This document shows, one piece after another, positions 1 to 31,610 of a DNA stretch of 64,000 bases (positions are counted from its first letter, which is position 1; every line of letters begins with the position of its first letter). A model generated the notes under the pieces. The model was not told where the DNA came from. It ran no database searches and worked only from the letters and a program-made list of their open reading frames with translations. The DNA comes from Balanoglossus misakiensis (lineage: Eukaryota > Animalia > Hemichordata). The DNA lies in contig CM082596.2 of NCBI GenBank assembly GCA_040954595.2, positions 6,584,791-6,648,790 on the forward strand, written 5' to 3'. The position numbers and the translations under genes were made by a program.

Positions 1-101
1 AGGCGCCAAGTTGTAAAGAAGCGAAAATGACTCTTCGTCAGAAATATTGGCCGAAAAGAATACCTTTGTCCAGAAAAAAAATTATACAGCTGTATACATA
101 C

Positions 102-3100
102 CTGCTTCATCCAGACGCTAATCTGCATAATTTGGTTTTTCTCGTCCTGCGAGAAAGAAAGATATCACAAAAATTTATTTTTATAATACAGCTAGATTCA
201 AGAAGGGCACTGAGGGCTTACTCAGTGAATAAATAACACACGTGACCGCGTTTCCATCACTACGGTTCTGAAATATAGTGAAATGCGGAGTTTGTAGTCA
301 AGTCATTTGTGAGAGACCTCGGGGATAGAATACTAATTTCAAAAGTATGAGTGTGATCTCGATTTATAACACGACGTTCAATGAAATATATGCTTCACGT
401 TACAACAAAATGTACCGAAAAATGTAAGGTACACATAAAAGTTGTTATATATTAACTGTAGTTCATGACTGGTTCAATATTTTAACGCGTCATAAATCAT
501 TTGTCGATGTGTATGTGACACGAGCATTATACCCTATTAAACGTGGGGTTCTGAAATTGACATTGTTTGCTTAGAAATTTGACATGTGTGAAGCTGACAC
601 GCCCGACCTTCCATTCGATAGAACAGCGACACAGAACTCGATTAATCCGGGAAATTTGATTTTAACTTCACAAATATTTAATTGTCAGTGACTGGCGTAC
701 TTTTCGCATTGTACTATTCGCATTTATTTGGGTCACTCTTCCCTCCAAAGAATTTCTCGGCAACGTAACGTTGCAGGCAGCCCCCAGCGTTATCACGTTC
801 CTTCTATTACACTTTCCATTTTATGCAAGCAGTATACCCACAAACGACCAAAGACATAAATCAAGATAATCTAGAAACATGTCACAGATAATCATTATTT
901 ACAGTGTTTATCACACTGTCTGTCTTACATATAGATGTCCTTTTAAGGTTTAAACTAGTACCCTAAAAATAACTGAATACCATGGCGATAATTTGACGCT
1001 TGTACATTGACGTCACCAGACATAATAGAATGGGTATTCAATCTTTCCCAGGGGTCATAGGGAGACAAGTCTTCGGCAACAATGAAGACAAACTGATTAA
1101 ATCGAACATGCAGTTTCTGGGTCATACTGGGAAATAAACGGACAGCTACATACCCCATGGGTAGCTCCTACCCGGAAAATTAATCAGAAAATCTTATTGT
1201 GGTCATGTCATCATATGAAAAATTTAGTATGTGAAATGGAAGAAAGAATACAACGTGTGGGGCTCTTCAAAATGATCAGTATACGTGCATCGTCGCAGTG
1301 CAGTTGAACTGTGCCATGTACTTTATAACCAGGTCCAATATGCACTGCTGTCAAAACAAATGAAAGAAGTCGTGCGTCTCCGGTGCAAGGCCATCGCGAG
1401 ATTAACCCTCCCGTTGTTTGTACAGTTTATTGCGGGTACCATCGTAAACACACATTCCACCAATATATAGGCAACAGTTGTAAAAATATAGGCTTTCCTT
1501 TTCGAGGCGCATCATAAACATTGCCATCAACAGATGGTTCGGTTTGATGCATTACATTATTTGTATTCGACATTGAAATAGGAATATTTTAAGAGATCAG
1601 CGTGGTTTCACAATTTATTTTATGACGTAATCGTCGATATTATTACCGTGTTGAACGCAACGAAACCCACCGTGAACGCGCATAGTTGTCATGGGAAACG
1701 TTTCCAAAGGAGTAGGCAAATTCGATGCCAGCACACAGTTAAGAATAAATGTGGATCTAGCAATTAAATAACAGAATAGCATTTATAATCTTAGACTTTT
1801 TAAAAATAAATTTGAGACCGAGAGCGCATTCTGCTAAAAATGAACCAAAAGCTGAACTGAAACAGGTAATTATTACGATAGCCTTGTAAAATTCTGCTTT
1901 AAAGCGTTCGCGTATATACATCGAATATACATAATATTGGTTTGCCGATATTTCCAGACTTGTTTCATAGCATACAGACTCGTCCATCTTGGTATTATCT
2001 CAACTTGTCGGCAAGAATCTCGTAGGATATCGACGTCAGTGTCCTTGTGCTGTGGCGCAGACATCGTGGCATCGGCGGAACAAAAGATATCGGCCGCCAG
2101 AGATCGAACAAAAACGCAGTGTCTATACCGACGGTTGGTAGACGAGCATTGAGACGATATCGATGCTGTGACGTCGCAAAAGACGAGCGAGAACTTCCAT
2201 AAATTTTCATTTCTGGAATCACGACTTATGTATGTATTGCACTCTTGAGTGCTTCCGTATCGTTCGGAATTGTATAATGATATTGATGTATTGTCCAACT
2301 GAGAAAAAAATAGCACTGAGTGAAGATTGTGCAGATGAACACTTCTGATGAATCGCCCTTCTCGCCGACACTCTACTTACCACGTTCAGCAGCTGAGTGA
2401 TCGAGAGACCAAACTCCATTTCCAGAGTTTGCTCGGGAGAGACAACAGGCCGAATGCCCTTCTCGTAATTTCGAAACAGGTCCGCCTGCAGCCTGCTTTC
2501 ATTGAAAGACGCGACAGTGTAGTCTGTGAACAGGAAAAAAATAACACGAATGAAAAACAACAACGTTATTTTTCCTGACAAAAACTCGAACTTCTGCTAC
2601 CTTTTTGAGGGCTTTTACCGAGTTACATCTACACTTATTCTTGCAGTAATTATTTTAATCGCGTCGGCGTCGTCTTGTGGTTGTTCAGAGAGGATTGTTT
2701 TAATCAAAGCTAATATCGACTCATCGATATTGATTGCGACATGGGACACTGTTAATTCTTCAGGTTTCCAGCGGATGGCTACCTATGGTGGTTCTGTATT
2801 CATGCTTAACTGTCGCGTAAAACACGTATTAGCAGGCCAATTATTAAGCTATAGGAATGAATTCGCTTATTTGACTATGAGATTGGATCTCCAAAATGCA
2901 CAGCAACAGGGTTAACTTGACTCGGTTCAAGAAACCAAATCATCATCGCTGAAAAAAATAAGATGCAGCGAATTCAAAACGTCTTCCAAAAATCCCGTTT
3001 CATCATGATAGCAGGAGTGCAAAATTCAAGGGAGCCCATCTCCAAGCGTTTGTGTTCATTCTCAAGAGTTTTATGTCCCCCGCATGATTTCTTTTCGCCT

Positions 3101-4048
3101 GCGCAAATCTTCCGGAAATAAGTCTATACGTGCAATCAATATAATCTAAAAGATAACAATTTATGCAAGTCCATTTGCTGGATTTTCCGAAGGGGTATCT
3201 TTGTCTTAGTATACCAACACAATTGTTGTGCAATTACCAAGTAGAATTAACGGCATATAAAAAATAATAATCCTGTATTATTTTAGTGGAGATTTTGTTT
3301 CCTTCGGAAATATTGACTGAACTTGAAAGAAGGGGCTTCTTTTTGTTATCTTCCGACTGAGTAAATAAGGGGTAAACATGCAACATCAGAATCGATGTTC
3401 AATTTATTTGGGGTATTTTATTTAAGCTTTGAAGTCGGCGCGCGGATAAACGGGATTTGGATAAACTCGTCTCCCTTTTTTCAACAACTTCCAGAAATCG
3501 ATAGACCCTTTCTCGCCAAGGTTTTAATTGACATCTATACACTCCAAGGATTTTTTTCTTTGTTTCGGAACAGCAAACTGTTCGTTAAAATTCAGCCATG
3601 TGATCACGTGACTATATCACAGCTCCAGATCTGTTTGTCAGAAACATCTGAACATCGCGGGGATCGATTTCAAGCATTTTAATCAATATTAATTAAAACA
3701 ACGACATCGCCCGACTCGATGTCATTTAGACGGCAAGCTTGTTAACTTTGTAAAATTGAATTTCATTGTGCATATCTATGACGGCCGGGGTTTTCTCTCA
3801 GACAGGTTTTGTATAATGGTGCAAGTGGCGAGTTTCCAGTTTTGTTAGACCAACTAATAACCAAATGACAAGCACAAACAAATAACTTGATCAATGTACG
3901 TAGGTATGTAGGCTTGTATATACGTATGCAAGTTAAATGCCCCAAATTTTTCTGTGTAAACAATATTACGCTTACCGGCAAAACAGCATAGAATGACTAC
4001 CAGTAAATCAACCATCATTTTCTCTTTTTCTCGATGTCTTCTCGCCAT
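102..4048 (-). CDS. Nicotinic acetylcholine receptor (Cys-loop ligand-gated channel) subunit, 5' part; gene continues off the left edge
   Basis: Exons 4048-3976 (MARRHREKEKMMVDLLVVILCCFA signal peptide, donor gtaagc, phase 1), 2523-2381 (DYTVASFNESRLQADLFRNYEKGIRPVVSPEQTLEMEFGLSITQLLNV, donor gtaagt, phase 0) and 146-102 (45 nt, DEKNQIMQISVWMKQ, donor gtatgt). The E.RL..DLF..Y....RPV and LSI.QL..VDEKNQ.M motifs are typical of the nAChR N-terminus. Alpha vs non-alpha cannot be determined because loop C lies outside the window. Confidence 0.93.
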
Positions 4049-6903
4049 AATCTGAAAACAATGAGTAAATGATAATTTAGAGCCCGGAGCAGGTGCAGCG
4101 AAGATTCACCTTAAAAGAATTATAAAGAAATTCAATTCTAGAGAAAACAGAAACTATCATACTTTAAGAGGTATGCACACTCGTGTATGTTCACTTTGTA
4201 CATTTATCGTTTAGTGTTTAATTAGACAACAGAGTTTTTCTTTTGCGACAAAGTCATTTTGCATAACATTGACTAAGTGATGTTTTCAGTGCAATTTGGG
4301 TTTCAATATACAATGCATATCAATACAATCAAACTTCTTATATAAATGTTGACCATCGCCCTGTTTAAATTATCATTGATATCGTAATCAGTCGTTTGCG
4401 TTCCATTAACGATTCTCGATTGTTCTCTCAATTTCTGAAATATGTTTTATTGATTAAAATCGTCCTGGGTAGGGACTGTATAGTGTGATTTACAGCATTT
4501 CGGAAATGACGGGATTGAGAGTAGCGGGATCGGCCAGATGCGCTCCCAACACGCAGAAATTGTGTGTACATAGATGACGACACGGATCTAAAGGAAGCTT
4601 CCATAAATAAAGCGGTTGCTATCGACCGACCGCTAATCCGTGGCAACAAAAACTCCATCGATTGGCAGCGACGAGGGGGATCCATGGCGTGAAAACCAAG
4701 GGTATCAATGTTTCACATTGTATAGGCGGTGGCCATTGTTCGAAACCAAGCTACCGGTAGTTGTTATGGTGTTTCAGCGGTGCGGAAGAGCTGCGATATT
4801 TATCCCCTGTTGGCTGTACCCAAATGAAAGATCAGCTTGTATAGGTCTATACCCGGGGGTCCCTCTCTATGGCATTTATATCGCCGACGAGAATTAATAC
4901 CGACGGGCCAATACATTGAGAAAAATGGTGTCCAACATCTCCATTCTGTGTTATCGCTAATGTCGGGAAAAATGCATGGTTAATTGAAAATCAATGTGTA
5001 ACGCGGTGCAGTAGCTGAATTAATTAATTGCAAACTGGTTCTAAATTTCCGAGTTTCTAGTGCAGGCGTCACAAACCGCTGGCCTGCAGCAAACACGGCC
5101 AGGTTTGACCTGCAAGGTGTTTAGACACAGCTTCGTGCCCTGGAAAGGGGCATTGTTCGATCCTTATATGTCCGCGGAATGCCAGAGAAAGCACGTCTGT
5201 GGATAGAACGCCCTTAGATGTCTTTTCTCGGCAGAGAAGAGGCGATTATGAAGTGATAGAATCAATATCCGGGTGTCTGTAAAATTTAAACTCTTCAACA
5301 ACGAATTTAAATATCACACTCATGATTAGAAGATAAAAATATGCATCCACACGTCGTGTGCCTTCAAGGTATTAAGGCTCGCGTGTCTTATTATTCGATT
5401 TTTGCGTAACAAGTCAAGCTGCATGTGGCGATTTCATTTTCTTGATTTTATAGTTAAGACGACAGAAAAATCGTTCTGTGAACGTTAGGCCCAAACACTC
5501 TTCGAATGATTCCCGGAGGAATAGAATCATATGGCAGGCGATATACGTGGGAATGTATTGTGTGACAATAGATCGGATTAAGTATTGCTGTGAGAATGTG
5601 TTCTTAATACAACTGTGGGTGTTTCAATGCGGCTTTCTCCTTAATTGGCCACTTCTGCGTTCTTTACCTGTGCAATTATCCTGCAGTGCGTTCGACTTTT
5701 CCTGGGCTGAATGGACTACGATTGTGTTTTGGCAGTAGTCCTTTAATATTCAGCACTGGCTGTTTGCGATACGGTTATTGCCACACGTTTTCCAGTGATT
5801 GTATCCGTTTCACGTCATCGCCAGACGGGCGAGATCATTGCAGGTTATTGCCGAGCGATATCAAGCCGGCACGGTGCTTTTCCAAGGCGGTTATACACAA
5901 GGCGTTGTAGCATGCTGCGGGTTTTATTAAAGAGGAACCCAATGCGTGTGACGTCATAGTCAGTGATTTCGTGCGGTTCGCACTCTAACCAAATTAAGCA
6001 AACACGAATCTCCACTTCAACCTATATACTTGTATTAAAACCGATCTTTTTTTTTACCTGGTGGCATGTAACCTTGGGATCTTTCGGCGAGTTTAAATTA
6101 GATCTCCGGCTTCATATGTGCTCTCGCGACCTTCTGGGCTCGTTGACAACTCCCCGAAGAGAATTGCTATTTAACGCCAAATCCGATTGGATTTTGTAAA
6201 CCCACCAACATTTCCTTCTTGCTGTGCTGTTGTCAAGCAAGAATCTAAGATGATGACAGTCTCCCTGAACGTACACCTGTAAACTGCCCACTAGTGCGCA
6301 TGTGTCTCTTCCCATGGGATTACATTGAGATTGTTTGGGAACCAACTTCTACTGGTACTATTGTCATTTTCATGAAATTTTCGACATTTTTCACCTTCTT
6401 CATCTAGAAGCCAAAGGATTGATTTGAGTTTTTAATGGTAAAGTAAGGTTTCCGCCATAGAAGTTTTTAGTGACAACAATAACTACATGTAATACGAGAA
6501 CCAGGGATTGGGAACTGCCCATATTTAAAGCCACGCGTGAAGCGCGTCATGATATAACGGGCCCACATTCCGTTTTATGTAAGTTTTGCCAATTTCCAGT
6601 TCGAGTGTTTGCGTACGGTTGGGAAATCGATGACGCGCACTCAGCACCGGCAGATTATCCCTTCGATGCAAAGGACACTGTGTAAATGTCCCCAGGCAGA
6701 TGGATACAATGGTTGGACACTCGGAATGGTTTAGTTTCACTCCTTCAACGGTGACCAATCAATTCCAGTCTCTCCTAAAGATCCTTTGGAAATTGATAGT
6801 GACGTCCAGCGCTTTTCCCACTTGGCAAGTCAAAACCGCCAGCGAAAATGCCATTGCCGTGTAAAAGCTATATACTGTAGCTATCGCGATTGTAACAACT
6901 GAA

Positions 6904-6989
6904 GCAACAACAACAACGACGACAACAGCAGCAGCAACAACAATAAAAACAACCACAACATCATCATCATCAACAACAACAACAACAAT
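6904..6989. repeat. Compound (CAA/CAG/CAT)n microsatellite
   Basis: Imperfect trinucleotide run seen directly. Confidence 0.85.
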
Positions 6990-7862
6990 ACTAATAAAAT
7001 AATGTGCAAAACTGCCAATATCCCACCGCAACCCCGAACTTTCTCACAATACCGATGGGATTATGATTATATTCATGGCAATACTGGACTTCAGTGGAAC
7101 TATCCACACGTAGCTCGCCTCAACAAAGCAGCCCTAATAAAACGAAATAAGTAATGTTTTGTTTAATTAATCCTACTAGTAAAATACATAGGATTTTTAC
7201 ATAACTGGACAACAACTCTTTGAATAGATCATAATTGGTGGATAACTGTGAAATTACGGTTCCGCCAGTAAAATTCACTTTTTATTTGTTACGATGCGAT
7301 TCAAATTTCATTACAGAACCTCATATCACGGAGTAATGAAAGAAAACCGGTGTCAGAACGTCGGAAGAAAGTGACTCCGGACAGTTACCGTTACTAGGGG
7401 AGAGATAGACATCATGGTCTTCGAAATTAACGGTTGACATTAACCGAAGTACGCCCTGATGAGCTAATTTGCCCATGTAATAATAAGGGGGAACCCGTTT
7501 CATTAAGAACACTTGCCTTTCTTTACAATGGCAAGCGCGACTGGGGGTAGATTTCATTGTTGCGCCGCGTCATGAAATATTCAGACAACAAATAAAACAC
7601 CGGGTGATCACAGAGGAAGGGCTTAGCGTTACACATATCTTCTTACCTTTAAAGTTTCATTAGCAACGTTCATTAACCTGCATTGTGAAAGTTCTTTTGG
7701 ACCAGCATTGGTTATCGCAGAACCATACGGAAGACTATGGAACAATTTGACAAAAAAGAGGAGGGTAGGCTAGGCTTTTCCCTCACTGGAAACGTGAAGC
7801 TGACATAATATTCGAATGACTCAGAACTCTCTCAGTCGCTATATTGTTTCACACCGACTCAC

Positions 7863-8330
7863 CTGTGTCGATTTTGCGGTATCATCCAAACACCGTACAT
7901 ACCCTCCCCCGGAAACAGGTCACCGAGTGGTTGCGAAGAACCCGAATCTAGCCGCTTGCGGATGGACAGTCTTCAGTCGCTGTTCAACATAGCCTTGGCT
8001 GTATTATACGAAGAGGACGCTTAAAGATTGCAGACACTCGCCGACTTCTGTGTATATACACTTGGCGATGGAAGTATCGCGAGCCTTAAGCGGATGCAAA
8101 TATCAGAGCGTGTCGACGGAAGACGACGATGTACTCCGATGGAAAAACGCACATTGGTCACTGTCAGAGGATGATTACTCGAGGAGGTACCCGGTCATCT
8201 ATCCGGTAGCTTTCAGTACTTGGACCACAAAGCGGTGGCCAACGACACCGATGATCCAGGCACGGGTTGAAGTACATGTAATAGGCCTTGACAAAGCATG
8301 CCGGGAAAGGAATATTGATTGAACCCCGTG
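7863..8330 (-). other. Candidate non-coding first exon (5' UTR) of the nAChR gene
   Basis: Strong donor CAG|gtgagt at 7863/7862 in a CpG-rich stretch. The nAChR ATG exon has an acceptor (ttttcag|ATTATG) at 4052-4053 that needs an upstream donor. An in-frame stop shows the exon would be non-coding. The 5' boundary is a guess. Confidence 0.35.
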
Positions 8331-9309
8331 GTTGCACTGATGGTGTACCCTCTAAGCCAATATGATGCGCCACTGACTCAACAAACTCACTGGTGACTCA
8401 AGAAAATTATCCACAATACATGTAAAGGTATAGGGCTGACTCAGAGATTTTTATTGTGCCAACTTAACCAGTCGTGCCTGTTTCTTTGCCATGTTCTAAA
8501 GAAGGTACCTTCCCTGTAGCCATTATCATTTATTCTAGCCATGTCTTCTGGAAATGGGCTAAGGTTCATTTTGCTCTCAAAGAGTTCAAGAGTGAAACTG
8601 CCGTGCATAACATGTTGCCGCCAACGCGGCAATCGGAATGGACCACTCGAGTCACAAGTTTTAACAACCATACTTCGTGGAACACGATCAAACATCACAC
8701 GGCAGCAGAACGGAATATTGTGCCGAATGTCCATGCAACTAGAGAGACTTTATTTCCCAAATAAATAGGTATACACTGTAGACAAGTAAATGCCTGGAAA
8801 AGTGCGTATAGATAGATCTGGATAAATACATAAATAAATGATTAAATACAGAGAAATTCCTTAATGGCAGAATAAACATTGATATAGAATTACGGGATGA
8901 TAAGTCAGGATAATGAAATTGTCTATACCAGAAATTTTCTGTAAACGTTTATAGCGTAAAGGGTGGTGTTCGTACCGTCTGCGCGTGCGTGTATGTATAT
9001 AGATCCTCTACAACAGTTCCTAGCAAGTCAATTTAGGCGAAAACTGAGTGTAACTGGTGCATGCACATTGATTGTACAATTAAAACGAACCTCCCCCTTT
9101 TAGAACTGTCCCATGCTCATGGTGATTTTTTTCCTGTAATAGGTTTTACGGTAAAACGTCGTAAACTGAAGTTCTATGAACAACATGCAGTTGCTATTTA
9201 AATACTCTATATACGGGCAGCACAGTTTGCATTTTTAATTTCGCTCAGTTGCCATAGTTGGCAAGATTCCTCGGTAACTTCTCATCCGTCAGGAACGATC
9301 ATTAGTTCT

Positions 9310-12102
<2,793 letters not shown>

Positions 12103-15047
12103 GCCTGGTTGTTTTCTAACGGAATACCCTTTTTTTTGCAACCGCTCAGGACCTGGCTCTCGCGCAGAATGAGAACAAGCCTGGACACAACTTCGGTATT
12201 TGACAAATTCGACACACGTCATAGTCGCTATAGAAACGCACTGGTTCGCATTTGAATACCGCAAGGGGTTTACAGAGAGCAACAGATGGACATTTTCATG
12301 TTGAGATAACAGGAAAAACCTGTACTCAACGCAATAAAGCAAAATATCATGATCATTTCAAAAATCACATGATTGACAGTTGAGCGACAAATGAAAACAA
12401 GACTTGCTTATGAGGAAAAGCTGTGGTGAGATCTTATATATGAACAACTTAATATTTCAAAGCGTCCCTTTTTATCTATCATGGGCAGTGTGTCATGATC
12501 AACCTTTCGTCAGAAGATACTTAACTTAGATTTGTCTTAAGAAGCTAGGCCATGTTTGCGTTAAAGACCGAAAAACAGAAAAAGAAACATTTCGTAGAAT
12601 CTTCTATCTTTACTACTGTAAGTTGTCGACCTTTTACCCAGAATGCAATTATTATAATATGATTTGACCCCCTAGCACGAAGTCAAAACCCGAATGTATG
12701 TCCTTTTTTCCATTGACAGCTTGAGTACTATTCACATGAATGCACGCACGTAAAAGCTGGGATTAAACGAAATAAAACAAAATGATGGATAACGTGGTAC
12801 TTATGAAAATATCAAAGTTTATAGGAAAGTATAACGTAAACAAACCACGTTATTTGAATAATGCTAAAAGAAAATTTTGGTTGTACTAGCCAGTTAGTAA
12901 GATTACAATCCCAAATTGGTCATCACCTAATGGAAATGTCTGTTTCTCCGTCTGTTTCTTTGTCTGTCCGCCTCTCTGTCTGCGTTAGAGTTCGAATTCG
13001 GTTTATGTACTGTAATTCAGTGGCCAGGTAATATCCATAGGGATTTCAAAAGACTAACCTAGCTTTTGGTCTGCAAAAGATAACACTCATGTTTTTAACA
13101 TAACACGGGGCATTTTAATCGCCCCACTATCGGAGAAAGTTGACACCAGCCGTTCTTTCCAAATCCTGTGCTGTGTGGACAAAATTGGTGGGATTATTCC
13201 GCCGGGGTTTTCTTTTCTTGTTACGCAGATGTTGGGCAAGGGCGAACATCCTGTGAGTGATGCAAATGGATTGGAGTGCCACGATTGGGCGGATCTCCTC
13301 GGTCGGGGGGAGGGAGGGAGGGAGGGAGGGAGGGGGCACTCGACAACACCGTGGTGTTTACGTCCGTTACAACCCACCAACCGGTCCCCCGGCCCGACTA
13401 TGTCGGTGCAAACTGTGCGACTGGAACTACATTTCGCCCATTTTCACCGTTTTCAGTGTGAAGGTCGTTCAGTCAGCTATTCTTGCTGTCATTGGAAAAC
13501 ACCACAGGGGCGTGGTATAGTCTTTTTTTACGCGGACTGGCCGCCGTTGTCAATGTTGTTATTGGCCATGAAAGTTGACGAAGACCATTGGTAATTTGTC
13601 GACGTTGTTTCGGGCTGGCCTTGCAAATACGTACAGTTTAGTTTCCGTACGGTGACTGCCAATGTGGTTTAATTGCAATAAGAAAACACTTCACCGAATA
13701 CAGCAGCCATGAATTATCGGCCGCTTAAAACAGCAATCAGTAATAATTGTTTTGTCGATTTAGTTCAGACCATTGGTCATAATTCAATCACAACACTCGC
13801 TGGCCTTGTTCAGTTGTTATAATGTTTATTATCATGGATACTCCCCGGTTCAATTAAAATGTTTACAATGATAGTTTTAAATACATTTATAAATACCTGT
13901 ATAAGTACATCGCAAATCATTACAAAAATCAAAGACAATATAATGGACCACCAGCTACCCACTACACGAAGTTTAGATATACACAGTACACGTTTGACAT
14001 CTAGTAGGCCCCCCCCTCTCGTGTATGCTGTTTTAATATATATTACACCACATCACAGTTAGGCAGGTTTGCTTTAGTTTGTCAAGTTAGAACATTTCTC
14101 GTCGCCTGTGCTAGGGACGATGCCTTGTGGCGAAAGGGGGAGGGGGTACATAGTCATGGTCCCGATCAGCACGGGAATCAACCCATGCCCTCCATCTGAG
14201 CCATAGCCCCCCCCCCCCCCCCGGCCCAACCTTTGGTCGTCCTCTCCCGAACCGCAACTGTTTGAAAGTGTACGATTATGGCATGCCAACAAGTGTTTGA
14301 AAACGTTCAGATCTCCCGGCTTCCTGGTACCCACCCGATATACATTTATTTAGACACTATTTTTCCCACGCCACAGGTGTAATGAAATAATTTAGTCAGA
14401 TAATTTCGTCGACAGTAATACCACGGTTACTGCACAGTAGCACTACCACTGCCCGACGACAAATAATAAAGTCTTCCCTGAATAAATAATTAAGGCCCAA
14501 ACTTAACGTTACTGCCTGGCTGTTTCTGACAAGTCCGTCCCAGCAGGCTTTATACTTGATCACTCAGCTCCATACATTGGTAGAAGATCATTCCTATTAA
14601 TTTATTGCTTGTGATACATCCACGACATTAGTTAAAATGTCTATTCTGTAAAAGTCACATAATTATTTACACCTGTAGAAACTATTGTAACACTTAATGA
14701 TCAAAGTAAAGCGTAAAGCTTTGATTTTTCCCTCTTCAATGACGTGTCAGAAATGTTTTGAATACTGCGCATGTTCAAAATATCGCCACAGAACGTGGAC
14801 TTAGTCCTAGGCAAACTTCTGCCAATGTGGCCGTCCGTCTCAATATTGCATGATTTCAGTGAAACAGAGGTAGACGGGGCCGCTTGTTGGCAGCTTCACT
14901 CCTCCAGTGGTATTTCGCGGGATCAGCTGTCAATGGGGGCGACCATATCTATATCCACATGCGTCATTGACACATGTTGCCTGTAAATCTACCAAAATGT
15001 TCGATGCGTCAGAGGACGAAGTTGTCTGCAGATGGTCGCACTCGCGT

Positions 15048-28109
<13,062 letters not shown>

Positions 28110-31100
28110 TTCTTTCCTATTTTATCATAGCTCTGTAAACGAGAAAAAAAAATATGTATAGGTTTAAACTTTTATGATTACAATAATTGCCAGTGTGGGA
28201 CGTGACACGCTATAAGAAGCTCAGTCTATAGTACAAGTATACAAAGTTTGTTTTAAAGTTTTCACGAATCGTAAAATTCAAATTGCGATGGAATTCAAAT
28301 TAAGTATATACACAGTGGTTTTGAAAATGCTCTCATATTATTATATCGAAAGCACATTTTTTTTAATTTCCTGAAATTTTCATTTCCGTTATAAAACCGG
28401 CAATTTAAAGTCGCGCCGTGGTATATAGGACAAACCACTTTATATTAAGTGAATAATTCATATAGCGGTGTGATTCAGGCATAAGGAATTATTGGCACCG
28501 AAAATAACGTTGCTATTTAATGTAGTGGTCTACCGATAAAAAGGGAGAGTGTTGCTTGGCGATTTGCTTGTTTGCATGTATAGGTCTCTATAACTGAAGA
28601 AATGGATTGTGTTTTTCACATCGGTGAAGTTTGAGGCTGTGGTGGACGACTGTTTTTTTTTCTTCGACACGGCATTTCTGCTTTTCTGTCTGTCAGTTCG
28701 TCTGTCCCTCTGACTCAGTAACTGATTTCTGGCTGACTGACTGATTGTGTCTGTCTCGCTGCAAGAGAGATTTGTCGACCAATACTGGCACAATTTGCCA
28801 GCGAGCCTCGCTGTGGCTTGAAAGCCACGCGATGTCCTCGTGAGTGGTTTGGTCTCCGAGTGTTGGACGATTGCACGATTTTTGTCACCAAGTGAAAGTG
28901 GGTGTGTGCGCATGCCAAAACACCCAAATTTTGTTTGGATTGCAGTGCTTTGAGCAAACCGCCATCAATGATCGGGCAATTACTCGCCAGAGGCACAAAA
29001 TTTGCTTGGAATATTGAAATTTCGCAAATCGATTTGTGAAAGATACAATTTCCTAGCCCCAGTCGTGATGTATGCTAGCGGTATATGTTTAACTTAACCC
29101 CAGTCTACCTCGATTTTCATTCCCTAATTCATTATATTAGGGATAATATTCGATGACAAAGTAAACGGCATAATGTGTGTACACAATCTACATCTAGCTA
29201 AAAATGACGGTTATACATTACAGCAAGTTACTTGCACGGCGTATAGGATTTCGTTTGTTTTGTGATTAAGGTGTTTACGGGCAGTTTCTGCCCTCGTGTG
29301 TTACAAAGAGTCGTTGCGTGCACCTGGCAACATCCAGCATAAGATGGTAGAACCATAACAAGTGTCTAACTGTGCGGACTAAGCCATGCACAGCCGCGGG
29401 GTTAATTTTCCCACAATTATCACTTTCACATCCCTTCGCTTCGCCAGATCACGCCCACGGCGAGAACAGAATTCGGGATGTCAAATGCTGCGGAGCTGTC
29501 GACTAAGGACGCGGCGACCTTGAGAGCTGCGCTCCGCGTTTGCGTCTGGCTGGCATCACGCAGTGGCAACCCCGCGCTACCACCATCACGAGCCCCATCG
29601 TCGATCGCTGATTGAAGAGAGAGAGAGAGTGAGAGCTCTTACATTGATTGAAGGCGGTAATTTGTTTGCACACAGTGAATGCTCAGCAAATTGGATGTAT
29701 TAGCCGGCTTAATAGACCGGAAGTGGACAACACCCTGAGTGGAGTTTCAACTTTGCTTAACGAGAAGATTAATGGCGGTGTACATCGTTCTCGGGCGCCG
29801 CGCTCCCAGCTTTAATTAATTTAAACGGACAGCGATTTATCATGTGAGCCTAATACGTCGCCTACTGACAGCACCGAGATCAAACACACCATGCACTTTA
29901 GGATGCGAGTATAATTTAAGGAACTTAGTTCCCTTTCAGTGTAAGCTGACAGAGCAAAACTTCTCGCGTGAATAAAAATATCACCACGTAAATTAGTATT
30001 AAACACATAAAATGTGTCCCTTTAACATCAAAAAGTCTTTTTTAGTTTCGTGTACTCAGATTTTTGACGATACTGTGAAAAAATAATTGCAATATTTGAA
30101 GATGCCACGTACCATATAGTGCTGCTATTGATTAACTTAACATACGGTTGTCAGGTAAATTTCAACCACGCCCCTTTTCTGGTTGTTTGTTGCTGTTGTT
30201 GTTGTTGTTGTTGTTTTGATCATAGGAAAACTTTGTCCTGGCTACTTTCACCATGGCAGTGTACCATATTACATGTAGACACACCATACGTATATATTTT
30301 ACTCCGCTGAGTATCACAGAAGCTATAAACCATATGACTCTGTTTCGACTAAGATTTATTTACGAAGGGGCGTTGTCGTGGCTACCGAGCCATTTGATAC
30401 CGCACGTCGCGAGAAATTGGGGGTTTCTGTCGAAGTTCCGAGTAGAAGAATGTCGTGACGCTATCTCCGAGAAGAAGATGTATGTGTTTTGTGAGATGAG
30501 ACGCGGTCCAGCTGTTCGGACGCTAACGCGATCACATGCCGAAGTGCGTCAATGCAGTGGTTTAAGTATGCGCGCTTCTGGATTCCTCCGGCCGCTACTA
30601 TGAACGATTTTAGCTGTCAAAATATCGAGATTATTTGGGGCTGTGTGTTATACTTAATCAGCGTCGCGCTCACTCACTACAGACTGAATTAGAATCTCTT
30701 GTTTGATTGTAAAGACGACAGGGACAGTGGTAATTGGTATACTTGGTTAATAGCGCCGTTTACAAATTTCCAAACGCCTAAACAAGGCGTGATGATGGGA
30801 AACATTTTCAGAAAATAAAAATACTACTTGTACTATACCACCTGCGACGAAACACAATAGAACGCAAATATTACGCACATCGACGTCTGATTCAAATTGG
30901 AATGTATTTAAATTCAACGAATGTAGTTTTTTTTTTCTGATTGATATTTTTTTTAGGGGGAAGAGAGTTTCAATTCAATTAGTCCCCTTTTATTAGATTG
31001 CCGGCCACGCCATGTCATCAGAATATAGATCGTCGTCAATACACTTACGACATTATACATGTACATGTACATTGTACAACGAAACGAGAACTATGGTTGA

Positions 31101-31575
31101 GTGTATCGCCTACCTAATAAATCACAAACTGGTTATTTTATTTATAACGGTATAGGTGTTAATTTAAAGAAGCATATATAATACTCATAGCAAATGAAAT
31201 GTTTTTAATAGAATTCGATTTCACCGCAAGAAATTATCAGTGTTTCGTCGCTTTTAAAATATTCGTCTATACGTGTACATTTTAATCATCGGCTTTTTCT
31301 CGACCGACTGTGGTTGGAATATGTTCAGATAAACGACATGCACTTGTATTTGATGGTTGACGCCGGTCATAAAAACGATAGGCACTTACCATCATTCGGC
31401 TTTCATCGAACCACTTGCGAACACGCTTCCATTTGTTTGCAAAATGTTGCCGTTGAGAAAAAGAAAAACACGCGAGTCGAGGGGCGATTGATTGCCCCGA
31501 GAGATTCGTGCAAATTTGCCTAGAGTCTCGGAGTGGCAGATATCGCGACGAACTGTATCGCTACATGTCTCTCCA

Positions 31576-31610
31576 AGAGAGAGAGAGAGCGAGAGAGAGA
31601 GAGAGAGAGA
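31576..31610. repeat. (GA)n microsatellite
   Basis: Seen directly. Confidence 0.9.
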